Assembly (NCBI GenBank): GCA_043228905.1
Contig: JBHGNT010000004.1
Coordinates: 19,158,001-19,222,000 of the forward strand
Direction: 5' to 3'
Source: Azolla caroliniana
Lineage: Eukaryota > Plantae > Polypodiophyta
Length of the DNA stretch: 64,000 nt
Both the position numbers and the translations under genes were made by a program. The notes beneath the pieces were generated by a model. That model saw only the letters and a program-made list of their open reading frames with translations, was not told the DNA's origin and made no database searches. This document shows, piece after piece, positions 1 to 14,320 of the stretch. Numbering within the stretch: the first letter of the stretch is position 1; every line of letters starts with the position of its first letter.

Positions 1-378
1 TTCAATGGATCGGAGTGCCCAACACAAAAAATGCAACGGCATTATCGACACATTATTACACGCGAATAATTATCTATGAACAATGCAAGCGCATATTATT
101 TTGTGGTGTGTGGATGTGCATATTGTATATGATTTTTGTGTTTCAAGATGCTGGTTGCGTGGATGATGTTGATCTACTACCATCCGATGAAAGCGAAGCA
201 TGTTCGATTTGTAGGATCACCGAGCATCCACGCAAAACTAAGACGAACCCGAACCAAACCATGTGAGCAGGCTTCACATGCAATGCCATAGCTTGACGCC
301 AAATAGTGTAGGGCAGTTGAGTCGACACACATATTGATATTGAATGTATAGGTAATGCGACCAATGAGAGATGGCCTC

Positions 379-380
<2 letters not shown>

Positions 381-443
<63 letters not shown>

Positions 444-455
444 ATGTATGTGTGA
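381..455. repeat. Compound (TG)n/(TATG)n microsatellite
   Basis: Direct inspection; it explains the spurious H-T repeat ORFs at 143-638. Confidence 0.95.
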
Positions 456-1045
456 CTCATGAGTGTGATGTGTATATGTATTTGTGTGTATGTGTACAAA
501 TGTATGTACATGCATTGCCGACACACACACACACATGATATGAGTGATCACAAATATGCATGCACACATAGACACATACATACATACACGCATAGTACGT
601 AATATTATTCGAATGCATTGGCCAACATTCTTTTTCATACGAATGCAAATGTTACCAAAACATGCTTATGTTTTCTTTTTTACACTTTTTACCTTTAACT
701 TTCTTACCTTATTATTATTATTACCTTATATTAAATAATGAATACAAAAGTATGGTATTTACCATACATCGAGGGGTGTTTACCGTACTCGAATGATGGA
801 AGCATTCGCGAATGCGAATGGACGTATTGTACGTATGGTTCATATTATGCATACCCACGAGTACATACGTAGAAATTTCAAATACACAGATATGTATGTA
901 CACATACGTATGTACGTATACGTATATGTATACCTTCATTGTCGTGCATGCAGAAATGGGTGCAGACTGCCCACCATCTCCCCCCCCCCCCCCTCTCACT
1001 CTCTGTCTATGGGTACGGGTAGATCAGTGCAGAGAGAAACAGGGG

Positions 1046-1068
1046 AGAGAGAGAGAGAGAGAGAGAGA
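1046..1068. repeat. (GA)n microsatellite upstream of GLDP
   Basis: Direct inspection; poly-C tracts lie nearby at 980-993 and 1211-1237. Confidence 0.9.
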
Positions 1069-1405
1069 TTAGGAGGGGTCCACCTTCCATATCAAGTTGT
1101 CAATCAACCCTCGCACGTTGTTCATTTCATCCAGATTCGAAGTATGTACATATATTAAGTCAGCAGACAAGGAAGGAGGTCCTCTGCTAAGCAAGCTATG
1201 GATCTCTGAACCCCCCCCCCCCCCCCCCCCCCCCCCCTCTCTTCTGTGTCCTTAGAGATCCTACATATTCCTGTTTTCCTTCCAGATCTATGTTCTAGCT
1301 ACTGGCCACCTCTTTGAGATCTGCTCCACATTTATCAGCAGAGACCTCATTTCTTTTGTTTGTAACCTTCAACCTTTGATTCAAGACTCTACTTTGTATA
1401 CCATC

Positions 1406-4400
1406 ATGTCTGGAATAGTCAGGAAGATGGTGGGTTCTCGTCATTGCGGTGGCCGCATCTCGTGTCTTCTTCTTCGAAGCAGAAATTACATATGGAAGAA
1501 GATCCCGGAATCTCCCACCCCTGCTTCTTACACGAGGAGAATATTATCATCCCCCCCCATGATTCCGTCGGAATACTCTATGGCAGCGACCGCGATCCCG
1601 GGATATTCCCGTGGAATCTCGATCCATGCGCTCGAGCCAACCGACACCTTCCCTAGACGCCACATCAGTGCCACGCCAGCAGAACAAAGTAGGATGTCTA
1701 ATATTTGTGGTTTCAATTCTATTGAAGATCTCATTGATGCCACCGTCCCCACTTCTATCCGACGACCTGAAATGCACCTACCCAAATTTGCTAATGGCCT
1801 CACAGAATCTCAAATGATAAATCATATGAGATCCTTAGCATCCAAGAACAAGATATTCAAATCATATATTGGAATGGGTTACTATAACACCCATGTACCC
1901 CCTGTCATCATCAGAAATATATTGGAAAATCCTGGTTGGTATACACAATATACCCCTTATCAAGCTGAGATTGCACAAGGTAGGCTCGAATCTCTACTCA
2001 ATTTTCAAACCATGATCACAGATCTCACAAGTATGCCCATGTCTAATGCATCATTGCTTGATGAGGCGACTGCGGCCGCTGAAGCCATGGCTATGTGTAG
2101 TAGCATCTCTAGAGGTAAGAAGAAGACATTCCTTATTGCGAGTCATTGCCACCCACAAACCATCGATATATGCAAAACGCGTGCCGATGGGTTCGAGCTG
2201 AATGTGGAAGTGGTTGATAGCATTGAAGGATTCGATTACAGTGCCAACAAGGATGTGTGTGGTGTACTTGTACAATACCCTACTACTGATGGTGAAGTAA
2301 TAGATCTCTCAGGGATCATTGAGAAGGCTCATACACACGGTGCAAAGGTAGTGGTATCGACTGATTTACTAGCTTTAACTATCCTTAGGCCACCTGGGGA
2401 GTTGGGGGCAGATATGGTTGTTGGTTCGGCTCAACGGTTTGGTGTTCCTATGGGATATGGAGGTCCTCACGCAGCTTTCCTTGCCACTTCGGAAGAGTAT
2501 AAAAGATTAATGCCTGGTCGTGTTATTGGTGTGAGTGTGGATGCAAGTGGAAAGCCTGCCTTAAGAATGGCGATGCAGACCCGTGAACAACATATCAGGA
2601 GAGAAAAGGCTACTAGTAACATATGTACTGCACAAGTAAGTACTTGCTTCTGGATCACAATTGTATATTTGCAACTGTCTGTAGATTTATTCTCATTTGA
2701 ACTTCTCTTCATCTTGTTTAAGGTTGTACATATTTTGAATGTAGACATCAATTTTATTGCTAATGACCCTTTCACTTCCGTAGTTTGTATTTTTTATTTA
2801 GGTATTGATTGTCTAACCTTTTTTACTTGCTTATTATGTATAATTAGTTGAGAGTAGACATTGCTTTTGCTCATTTGAGTTAAATTCCTCTTTTTTTCAC
2901 TTGTGTTGTTTGAATCTTTGGATGCAATATGATTTTTTTGGTTCATTTGGACCTTTTTGCTGAGTTTTTATTTTGGAATATAGGCATTGCTAGCAAACAT
3001 GGCTGCCATGTATGCTGTGTATCATGGGCCAGAAGGATTGAAAAATATAGCGGAGAGAGTGCATGGACTAGCAAGCACATTCGCAGCAGGGCTAAAGAAA
3101 TTTGGCCATGTAAAGGTAGAAAACACACTGTTCTTTGACACTGTGAAAGTTGGGGTGGCTGATACAAATGCCATCTCACAAGCTGCTCTCAAGCGAGGCA
3201 TTAATCTACGAGTATTGGACAAGAACACGGTATGTACAGTTGTGAAGTGGATTTAAAGGAATTCATGTTTGCTTCTCATCCATTCAAAGCAAAGTGCATA
3301 TAAACAAATTCAACATGGGAAAAATTTAGTCCATTCGAAACAATGAATAACCTCGTTGAGTGTAAGCGATATAAACAAATTCATGTAGGTGGTTATCATG
3401 TTCCCATTCAAAACAATGAATACCATGGTTTGAAGAATTGGATCTGTATCCACATGAAATATACAGAAGGGATGAAGAAGTTATTTCTCAATACCAACAC
3501 TCGTTTACCTGTGATATTCATAGATAACTGTTGCAATGGATGAAACGACGAGTCTCGAAGACGTTGATGAACTTTTTGAGATATTTGCTGATGGCAATCC
3601 GGTGGGTGCTTTGTTAGGTTAATTGAATCTATCTTGTTCTTTCAAAAGGTGCAAAACTGACCATGCTGATGTCTCCTTTCTTTCTCTTTCTCTCCTCATT
3701 TTTTTAGGTAAACTTCACTGCCCAATCCCTCGCACCTGAGGTAGATGCTTCCATTCCTGCGGAATTTCAACGTGAAAGCGGGTTCCTCATGTTTCCTGTC
3801 TTCAACTCGTAGGAGTTTTCTTTTGGGAGATTAAGTTTTTATGTATTGGCGAACATGGAGATATATACATCACTTAAAAAGTTTTGCTTTTTAATTGTAT
3901 TGCAGCTATCATTCCGAGCATGAGATGTTACGCTACTTGCATAGGATTCAAGCCAAAGATTTGTCCCTTTGCCACAGTATGATACCCCTTGGGTCTTGCA
4001 CTATGAAACTTAATTCTACAGTTGAAATGATGCCAGTCTCATGGCCCGAGTTTGCCAATCTTCATCCTTTTGCACCTCCAGATCAGGCTGCAGGATTTCA
4101 GGTATTCTTTAGGACGAAATACTTGTTCGGTATTTTGTAGACTGTTTTGAATTAACCAGATACCCTTGTTTTGAATGCTTCAGGGTATTTTGTAGATCTC
4201 CCTATTTTTAATGTCTTTCGATGAGTGCTTGTGATTCCCAACTACTACATTTCATGTTATGTTACTAGCCATAGAAATGAAGACCAAGTTCTATTTCAAA
4301 TGAACTTATATGATAGGTGTATTATCGATCTAATTTGCATTGAATCAGTTTTGTCATTTTATATGTAGGAAATGTTTCAAGATTTGGGGGAACTTCTAGC

Positions 4401-7400
4401 TGAGATTACTGGCTTTGACTCGGTATCTTTGCAACCTAATGCTGGTGCTGCCGGAGAGTATGCAGGTCTTATGGTTATTCGAGCATACCATCATGTAAGT
4501 TGTGGCACATGATATATATAGATGATCTACTAAGAGCCGAATAACCATACCATAATGTAAGTTGTGGCACATGATATATATAGATTATCTACTAAGAGCC
4601 TGATAGTTTTGTCTTTTCTTTGACATTCCTTAGCTAGAGAGGATCTCTTGATTCACTGCTAATGTTATTATTTGTGAATATATAAATAATCATACATACA
4701 TACCTACATGTGCATGGGCATACATACATATTTATATGCAGACATTAGGGACACATGCAAAATATTTATATCATTGTATTGCACCGTTTTGGTCTCATAG
4801 GCCACATTGGGCTTCAAGCAGTTTATTTTTCATTATTTCGTCATAATTGGTCTACTGAACTTGATGTAGGCAAGAGGCGACTATCACAGAAATGTATGCA
4901 TTATCCCTGTTTCTGCCCATGGCACAAACCCTGCAAGTGCCGCCATGTGTGGAATGAAGATTGTCGTTGTGGGAACAGATGAGAAAGGCAATGTGAATAT
5001 CGAGGAGCTTAGGAAGGCTGCTGAGGCCCACAAAGATAACCTTTCTGCCCTCATGGTAAGTTATAAATAGATTGCCTCATGCTGAAGTCTAAACACATCC
5101 TGAATTCTTCAATGACAATCAAATATAGCACTAGGGTATAGACTTCACCATGGAAAGACAAAGGAGTGTGTGACCAAGAATCACTTTAAAGATATTAACA
5201 TTTTTCTGCTTGAAATTAAAATAATAGGTAACATATCCATCAACCCATGGAGTTTATGAAGATGGAATTGATGAGATCTGCGAGATAATCCACAAGAATG
5301 GTGGCCAAGTGTACATGGATGGTGCTAACATGAATGCTCAGGTTAACTACTTGGAGCTAAGATTTCTTGGCTGGTCTATGTTGTATGTTTCTTTACACAT
5401 ATAGTGCTTCTGTTTCCTTGAAAGGCCCGATTCATGCTTTATTTCCGACATTTCTAGGTTGGTTTGACCAGCCCTGGACACATCGGGGCAGATGTTTGCC
5501 ACTTGAATTTGCATAAGACATTCTGTATTCCTCATGGTGGAGGTGGCCCAGGCATGGGCCCTATCTGTGTGAAAAAGCATCTTGCTCCATTTTTACCTTC
5601 TCATCCTGTTGTAAGTATCAAGTTTTTTTCTCCCCAAAGTGAAGAATAATATTTTCAGGGTTTGCAGCTAGTGTAAGTAGAAAAATCCATGTAATCCTAT
5701 ATTATAATTAACGGATCAGGTTTTCAGATAACAGAATCCCTGGCATCTTCAAGACAAAAGTAAAAAAACATTTTAATTTCTTTTGAAATGAGTAGAGACA
5801 TTTTTGTGTGATTCTCCACAGATTCAAACTGGAGGGATTCCTCAACCAGAGAAGCTTTCACCATTGGGGTCTATTTCTGCAGCACCATGGGGCTCAGCAT
5901 TGATTCTACCCATCTCCTACAGCTACATTGCTATGATGGGGTCCAAAGGGCTCAAGCAAGCATCTGAATTGGCTATACTTAATGCTAATTATATGGCTAA
6001 GCAACTAGAGGTAATATTGAGTTGATACTTGAAAAGGTATGGTGGTTATGGATCATGCTTATCTGTATTTGTTTCTATCTGTTGTAGGATTACTACCCAA
6101 TTCTATTTCGAGGAAAGAATGGCACTTGTGCCCATGAATTCATCATTGATTTGAGACCATTTAAGGTACTTGGTTGACATCTTTTAAATGTTTTTCTTTT
6201 CTATGAATACTAAGTTTAAATGTTTGTGGATTTGATGGAGACTTCTAATATAATCAAATCACGCCTCTTTCTATTCCACAACAGTCTACGGCGGGTCTAG
6301 AGGCAGAGGACGTAGCAAAACGCCTTATTGATTATGGATTCCATGCACCAACAATGTCGTTTCCCGTACCTGGAACTCTTATGATTGAACCAACTGAAAG
6401 TGAAAGCAAGGTAAAACCTCAAATCACCAGGAGGAAACCAACTCAAATTTGGTTACAAGGGCTGAGAATGAAGAATTATTTGTACTGTTGTAGTTTTTTG
6501 TCGGAGCCTTATTGGTAAATATTGTTTGTTATATATGTTGTGGATAGGCTGAATTGGACAGGTTTTGTAATGCAATGATCTCCATTAGGAAGGAGATCGA
6601 AGCTATTGAGACGGGGATTGCTAGTCCACAAGACAATGTGTTGAAGGTGAAGTTCCAACAACCTCATGTCGTTATTAATAATTATATACTAATGTATAAC
6701 ACATTCATACGAATCCATTTAACTATATATGGACCCATGTACATACACACACATATATATACATATACATATATGTGTGTACAACCATGTGCTCCCCTTC
6801 AATCTGATGTCGTTTGGCTATATATTAATGCATATACTCACTTAATACTAATGCTCATTAACCATAATGTATGTCAAATGCATGTAGTTAATGTGCTAAT
6901 GCATGCACCTATTATACGCATCTAGTTAGTTATGTGTAATGCCATGGAGTTATAATATATTATTGCAAAGTTTATTGATAGAATGAACTAACTTAATGGT
7001 GTAATATGAGGATTCCAGGGTGCACCTCATCCGGCTGCTGTTGTTATGGCCGATGACTGGACGAAACCATATTCACGGGAGCTAGCAGCTTTTCCGGCAT
7101 CGTGGGTCCGTGCATCGAAATTCTGGCCATCAACAGGTAAAAGAACATTTAACCCATTTGACTAGTTAGGAGTTCCAACTCCCGTCAATGACAACTTGAA
7201 CCTAACAACCAGCAACGGTTTGGTTTGAACCCAACCGAATCGTGAAACCGCGGCTTAACGGTTTAAACGGTTTGGTTCGGTTTCAATAGTTAGAAACCAC
7301 GGTTTTAACGGATTTTTTTTTTTATTTAAATTTTAAAAAATTGTTTTTAAACAATGTTTTCATTTTCATGCCTTATTCTCACATTTTAGGAAAATCTTTA

Positions 7401-8121
7401 AAATTTTGAAAATTTAAATAATGAAATATTTTAAATTTTAAATTTTAAAATTTGACCTAGGCTAAAAACCGAAACCGAACCATGGAACCACAATTTTACT
7501 GGTTTAATGGCTTAACGGTTTGAAATTGGTTTAATGGTTATGATTACGGTTTCGTGTTTCGGTTCGGTTTAGGTTTCAAATATTTTAAACGGTTTGGTGT
7601 CAAACCGGTTTGGTTTTGATCCTCTCGAACCAAACCAAACCGTTGCCAATTGTTACTTGAACCCCCATTTAAAGTTTTTTTTGGTTCATTCATCATTTAC
7701 TCTCTTTTTTTTTTTCAAGTCTAGAAAGCCAAACAATGCAATAAAACCCTTGCTATTATGTTGCCTTGCCTAGAATGCTCAATCTTTATGCGTCGGAAAG
7801 ATCAAATGCCTACCAATGCTATCCCATCTTATTACATTTTTCATCTAAAATGGACCCCTTTGCAGCCATTAGAATGCAATTGATGCATTTTATTATCTTC
7901 ATTTGATCTCCTCTCGTAAGAAGACCTGAATGCCAACCAATGCTATAAAAACCACCCTTGCTATTTATGCTTTCTTAAAAATGTGGACAATCTTTGTTAA
8001 ATCGATGTTTTTAAATATTATCTTAGGGAGAATCGACAATGTCTATGGTGATCGCCACCTCGTATGCACCCTTCGTCCGTCGGAGCCAGAGTTTGAAGAA
8101 CAAGCTATTGTTGCCGCATGA
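1406..8121 (+). CDS. GLDP: Glycine dehydrogenase (decarboxylating), mitochondrial; glycine cleavage system P-protein, 15 exons, 1044 aa
   Basis: Exons 1406-2635, 2984-3229, 3524-3601, 3708-3808, 3906-4101, 4369-4494, 4870-5055, 5228-5341, 5458-5610, 5822-6010, 6088-6165, 6285-6410, 6548-6646, 7019-7136, 8027-8121. All introns are GT-AG, phases are consistent and the total is 3135 nt. Motifs: [42 protein letters not shown]-lysine [28 protein letters not shown]. The R/S-rich N-terminus resembles a mitochondrial presequence. Confidence 0.97.
7203..7655. mobile_element. hAT-type MITE (453 bp) in GLDP intron 14
   Basis: TIRs TAACAAccaGCAACGGTTTGGTTTG / CAAACCAAACCGTTGCcaaTTGTTA; perfect 8-bp TSD CTTGAACC (7195-7202, 7656-7663); many subterminal AAACCG/CGGTTT motifs. 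Confidence 0.9.
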
Positions 8122-10596
8122 CCGAATTGTATAATATATCTATTACAAAACAATGTCAATTTCTAACCAGAGTGCAACCATTGGCTAAAAGTTTATGGCA
8201 TTGATTGATTGATATCAACAAAAGTTGTTTAACCTAAGACTCATCGATATGCTAAAAGCGACCTATAAGAAATTCAATGATTATTGTTGCACACTTTATT
8301 TTCTCAAAACTGTTTTTTGTTATATCCTATACAAATTAGGGTTTTGAGTCTTTTGACGTCGTATTAATCAATTACTTTCTCTAAGGTATTAATAAAGTGA
8401 CGCTTTCTATCACATGCTTTAATACCATGTTATTGTCGCGTGCGAGAGAGTCCATTAAAATTTCTTTAGGTATAAGAAAAGAGAGAGATTTAGAAAATCA
8501 CATAAAGAACTCTAGGGGCTACAATTTAAGTCATTCTTTTACTATTCTCAAAATTCAGTTCACAATGTTATACCCACCTATTTGAATGAAATCACCTTGT
8601 TATTATTATCTCTTTGTTTGTTTTAAAATATGTTGACATTAAGGTGACACTTATGAGGACAAGGTAAAGTGCCCATGGAACTCACTTGTGAGAGTTGCTG
8701 AATGAAATTTCACTTTAGCGAAAATTCGTTGTAGGATATTCCATGAAGATCATCAAACAAAATTTCTCATACTACATTCCTACTAGGTACAATACTTAAG
8801 GTAGTAAAACTCCACCTTATACCCTAATACCTAAGGTAGTGAAACACAACCTTATACATGGGAAGGTAAAGCTTTTGCTCTTTAAGGAAAAGCCCAAGAG
8901 AAGATCACAAAACTAGTTAATGATGCCCAAACTAGCGACATAACCACCCAAATTGCGTTAGCAACTGGACATGTAGGGAATCTAATATCTCGTCTCAATC
9001 ATTGTATATAAAAAAATGGCTTGCAAGTATTGATTTGGTGTATGTCAATTTAATACACTATTGGTACCAATTTAATGATTTCATTGGTGTACACTACGGG
9101 TATTGTTGAGTTATCAATCTTTCCAAAGTTCATTTGCCAACAATCCTAGAGTAGGGGCCTCAAGAATAGGCAAGGGGATAATGATAGACAAATATGATCA
9201 TATCTAGGAGGTATGTGAACCTTGCTCGCATATTTTTGAATGCCATGATGTTTGTATGGCACTAAAATAACATTTTTTAATATACTTTAATTCACTATGC
9301 AATTGAAGTTAGCGTTGAGACTTTCCTTTAACATCAAAATGCAAGTGTCACGAGTATACAAGTACATCTAAGAGTAGAGAACTATTATATTGTCTTCACT
9401 TTAACAATTGCCTATAATTTAATCAATCTCAAAATTGGTTGGTAGGAATGCATTAAGCATTGGACCAAAAGAGATTGTAAAGTTTAACACTTAAAATGAC
9501 TGAGCACTATTGACAACATATTGGCGAGGATTCATTTGATCATGATAGATCAACCTTTTCCATACAATGCACACTTTAGTGGATGAGACAATCAAGGGTG
9601 CAATGGGGAAAGACAGGAAATCATGGGGATCATTAATGCTTGTACACTTTCATCCAAGTAGCAAATAACCATACTCGATTGAGAACTACTTTGAGTTGAG
9701 TGCAAATAACTAAGTTGTACTCAACATCCACGTGAAACTTTGATAGGGTGACACATAAACACGAATATTGCAACATAAGTTGTGACAAACATTACCTTGT
9801 ATCAATATTTGTCTAGGTCGTCCAAGATTTACAAGGTTTCTCTTAGTGCATAGGCCAAACATGAACTTATGCATATTTTTGTGTAACATAGATGCCAAAG
9901 CAAATGCACTTCACACTTCCTAGGCTTTAGCTATATCATTGGCTAGAGCTTTTAAGAACATGAGCAATTATCTACTAGTGCTCGAGCTATAAATTATTTC
10001 CATGATGAGAGAATGTCCAACCAATTTTGCACATTTGTTCGTTTATGCACAATAAGAAGAATCGAGCGAGTGAAATGGAAAGCAATAATGGGCATACAAA
10101 AGCTCTCTCTCCCTCTTCCCCCTCCCTCCCATCAAACCTTTGGAAATGCTTGTCACATGTAAGTTAATGTCCTCTCATGTGTAAGATCGAGAAATTTGGG
10201 AGCTATAATAAATTGATGTTAAAAATTGATTGTGATAAATATAGCTTGATTAGTTATTGGTGTCAAGATGTGATATCACGATGTGTAGTCAATCTATGGT
10301 CAAGTGATAAAAACTCTTGATTGGGTGAAGTTTATTTAATTCTTTATCAAATTCTTTATAATCTATGGCCAATGAAAACCATAAAGAACCTATTGTTTTC
10401 ATAACTAGCCTTACCGAATTGCACATTTATACTTTATCATACACTTTCTCATACCAATTTCTTCCTACTCATATAGGTATACGTACATATAATTATATGT
10501 GTGCATGTAGTATGTCAAGTATATGTATATACATAGACACATGGGCTTTCTAATTTTTCTTTCTTCATGCATTACAAGCAATACCATTGTTAGGAT

Positions 10597-11011
10597 CATA
10601 GATTGACACATGCGTGATATTCGAGAATACAAAATGGCCCCAAGAATATTAAAAAACCATTCGTTTTGTAAAATAAATATAAAAAAATTAATTAATTATT
10701 TAAATAAACGTATTTCACCAAAAAAAACAATTATTCATTAATAGATTATAGTGTCAAGAGAGTTTATGAAACTTTTAATTAATTAATTAATTTTTTAAAA
10801 ACGAATATTTTTAAATTTATTATACAAATATGATTACTAATTAATATGAACTTTGAAGATATGATTAGTTTGAAGTACTATTTTTAATTTCAACATAAAA
10901 TAATCCATAAATTTTGAGGAAATAAAAAGTGAGAAATTAATGAGCCATTCGTATTCGTATTCGTTTGCATTCGAATGGGAAACCCGACGAATGCGAATAT
11001 GTCAATCTATG
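10597..11011. mobile_element. hAT-type MITE (415 bp)
   Basis: 12-bp TIR CATAGATTGACA / TGTCAATCTATG; perfect 8-bp TSD GTTAGGAT (10589-10596, 11012-11019); AT-rich core with ATTCG subterminal motifs. Confidence 0.88.
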
Positions 11012-12028
11012 GTTAGGATAATATCTTGAGATATGTTGTTTGTATATTTACTTCTTTATAACTTGAATCGTGAAGACTAGTAAAACTACCACATCAATGC
11101 ATCTTCTCAAGTTTATGCGCATTGCATGTAATGCACTAGTTATGGCAAATATGTTGCAATATGGTGTTTGGAAAGTTACTTTTCTATAAACATGCACATT
11201 GCATGTATATGCAATCTCACAAAGCAATTTGTTTGTTCTTGTATGTTTACATTAAACACAAAAGCTCTATCCTTTTGTCTAGATAAGCCATATGTGAACA
11301 CAATCATGGAAAACATATAACCTCTTGCTCACCAAAGAAAGTGAAGGTATGATGAGTAAGACTCTACTTGGTATTGTATGTTTTCCATGATCTCTTGTAG
11401 GTTATGAACGGCAACATTTCATTGTTATTTAGCAAGGAGATCATTCCTATCAAAGAACTAGGGTACGTTCTATGAAGCAAGTTGGAAATGCAAGGGAGAA
11501 CATATAGATATATCATTGCAAACAAACAAACATTGCAACAAACAAGATAATAATCATTATCTCATCCCTCCACTTTGGGTAATGAATAAAAAATTGCAGG
11601 TACATCAGAAATTGAAGTACTTCTCTAGTTTACTGAGAATTCTTCTTGTTGGTAGATGGGTTAATAGAATCGTATCCAATGAACACGAATAAAAAAGGTT
11701 AAAATAAGAAATAATGGAGGAACCCACAAACACCCTTCTTAGTTGGGTGTCAATGAAGTCCTTTTTGCCATTTGTGGCATATCAATAATCTCTCTGCATC
11801 AGGTTTGTGAATTCGACGCGTCCGCTTATAACAATGGTCAAAGACCAAAGCAATTATATCTGCTTTCACCATTCAACTATGTTCAACATTTGTGTAGAAG
11901 ATGCTGAACTTTTATCGGGGCTCTGGTTCCCGAACATACTACAACCAATATGATAGATATGATGTAGTTTTGGATAAATCTTAGAATCCAATGCAATCTT
12001 AATTAGGTTTTAGCTGATGCAATAGAAG

Positions 12029-14167
12029 TTAGCTTTTCGCCTCCATGTGATAACAGAAGCTTTGTAAGGGCACTATCATCACAGTAATATCATCAATGTT
12101 CCCTCTACTCGATGCTTTTTGGATGAGCATGTTGCATGCATTCATTTTCAAATCGCCATCCTTGTGTTGTTTGGTTGAAGAACCTTGCCCTTGCATGGTC
12201 GATGACACATTTGATGCCAACAAGACTTCCCTAGCACAATCAATGGCTTCTTGATCACTCACCTGAAAACAACAAACCATTCATCAGAATAAATATCGAT
12301 AAAAACAATCAAACATAAGCATATTAACGTGCTTCAAATTTGAGCTCAAATATCATGATCCATTATAAACATATATAACTGTGGTTGTGTGTAGTAGTTA
12401 CCTTGTCCCATAGTCCATCTGATGCTAAGATTACAAACTCGCATTCCGGAGTAATCTTAATCTTCTTAACATCGGGCTTGGAAGATACCCATCGCTTCAA
12501 GTTCTTATCCCCAAAACCTCTTGTCACTGCTAATGTGCCTTGAAGTCTCCACATTCCATTGATACAATCTATAAAACCTCCCTGTAATTTTCAAACATAG
12601 AGGGATACACTGGTAAGAATCTACAAAACCTTGTATAGTGTCCATCAACACTAAAAAACTTACTGACTTTAAATATCGTATCATCATAAAAAATAAATAT
12701 GTATGGATTAATCAGTTATAGAAGCCATGCAAGATTAAGAGATGTTAATTAAACCTTGTAGATTAATTGTCCAAAAAAAAGATCAACTCCATATATAAAC
12801 TACTTCAAAATTATTCATGACGTGAGCTTAATGTTTTGAGGTATGTTTTACAGGATCACTTACCAAGTCCTCAATCCGTTGGCATTCTTCTTTATTGTTC
12901 GCACGATGAAGAGTCGTGAGTGCTTCGGCTTTACCACCCCTACATAGGACCGCCTTGCAATCACCAGCATTTGCCACAACCAATTGTCCCTCGGTCACCA
13001 GAGCCGAGACTGAACATGCCCCACTATTCACATCCTAATCATTGAAACATATATTCAGGCAACAATGAGCACAAATGATTCCATAAAAACAAAGGCTTGA
13101 TTTGGTCTATACATGCAACATCCATTTCTGCATGTTACCAGAGTTACATGCATGATTAAAAGGAGACTAGTCTTGTAAACCAAATGTGTGTAACATATAA
13201 AGAAAAGAAAAATGAGGGCATAGAAAAGCCTCCATTTATCTACAAAAATCTCATGTGCACATATTTATTTACTTATGTGTCTGTGTCTGTGTGTATATAT
13301 AATGTGAATATTTGTATTGTATGGAGATTGAAAAAAACACAAGTGGCAGAAAAAAACCCCATTGATCTAACATGGAATATCCATGTGTGTATTATGTACA
13401 TGTCCAATACATACATACATGTGCTTGTATATATGTATGTGTAGAAGTGGATGTCAACATGCAATATCTATGAGTGTGCATAGTATCTATGTTTATGCAC
13501 ATGCACATGAATGTGTGAATTTATATGCATCTCTGTGGAATCTGTGACATATATATATATATACCTTAGATAGGAATTGTGAGTCTGTATTGGCATATCC
13601 AGCTACCATGGCATCCTCTATGCTTGCTTCACTGTCCATTTCCATAGCTATGTTCTCACCGAGCTTCTCAGCTACAAACTTTACTGCATCTATGCCTCCA
13701 TGGCCATCAAAAACACTAAAAAGGCCTTGCTTTGGCTGACCTTTGAAATTAGGAAGGGCTGAGTAACCATCTTCCATGACAAATTTCCTTCCTTTCTTGA
13801 AAGCCAGCCCAAATAGGTCATTAGGGTCAGACTGATGACACGAATATGATGTCGACAACGAAGAGGATTCCTCCTCGATCAATTGAAACTGATTGGCTTT
13901 ATGGAAAGAAGCCAACCTCGCGTGGTCCGGGATAGACAACTTTGCGGGCTTGTTCCTCTTAGGGGAGACCTTGAGAGCTCTATGTTCTTTGTGACTTGTT
14001 GTTGTTGTTGTTGTTGTTGTTGAAGATGATGATGGTGATGGTGATGGTGATGGTGACATAACAAGAGGGAAATTTGTCTTCTGGAAGGAGTAGCAAATCT
14101 GAGCGTTGAACTGCATAAGATGTGCGAGAGCTGGTCTGAGAAGAAGCTCCTGATCACAAGAAGCCAT
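12029..14167 (-). CDS. Protein phosphatase 2C, clade B-like (AP2C/MP2C-type MAPK phosphatase), 4 exons, 395 aa
   Basis: Exons (minus) 14167-13565, 13034-12864, 12581-12402, 12262-12029, with GT-AG phase-0 introns. Motifs: GRKFVMED, VFDGHGG, VANAGDC, LAVTRGFGD, ILASDGLWD, RGNIDDITV, and N-terminal KIM-like KRNKPAKLSIP. An upstream in-frame ATG at 14362 lies 5' of the TATA box, so 14167 is the preferred start. Confidence 0.92.
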
Positions 14168-14320
14168 GGAATCAGTTGGGATTGACACAGGGGAGATTTT
14201 TTGAAATAGAACACCAAAGAGGGTTTCTTTTTTTCGTTTTTTTGTCTTCTGAGTGTGGATTGATTGACGAAACAGGGTTTTTGTAGGGGGGGGGTGTGGG
14301 GAGGGAATCAAGAGCTCTGA

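Noticed and set aside
590-840. Possible MITE upstream of GLDP
   Set aside because: It shares ATTCGAATGC-like motifs with the 10597 MITE but has no convincing TIR or TSD.
15-1158. Multiple short ORFs upstream of GLDP
   Set aside because: They are products of TG/TATG/GA microsatellites and low-complexity sequence, with no recognisable domain.
2636-2851. Hydrophobic C-terminal tail of the 491-aa ORF
   Set aside because: Read-through into GLDP intron 1 past the GT donor at 2636.
8600-10400. Possible decayed retroelement between the two genes
   Set aside because: No motif clear enough to support a call.
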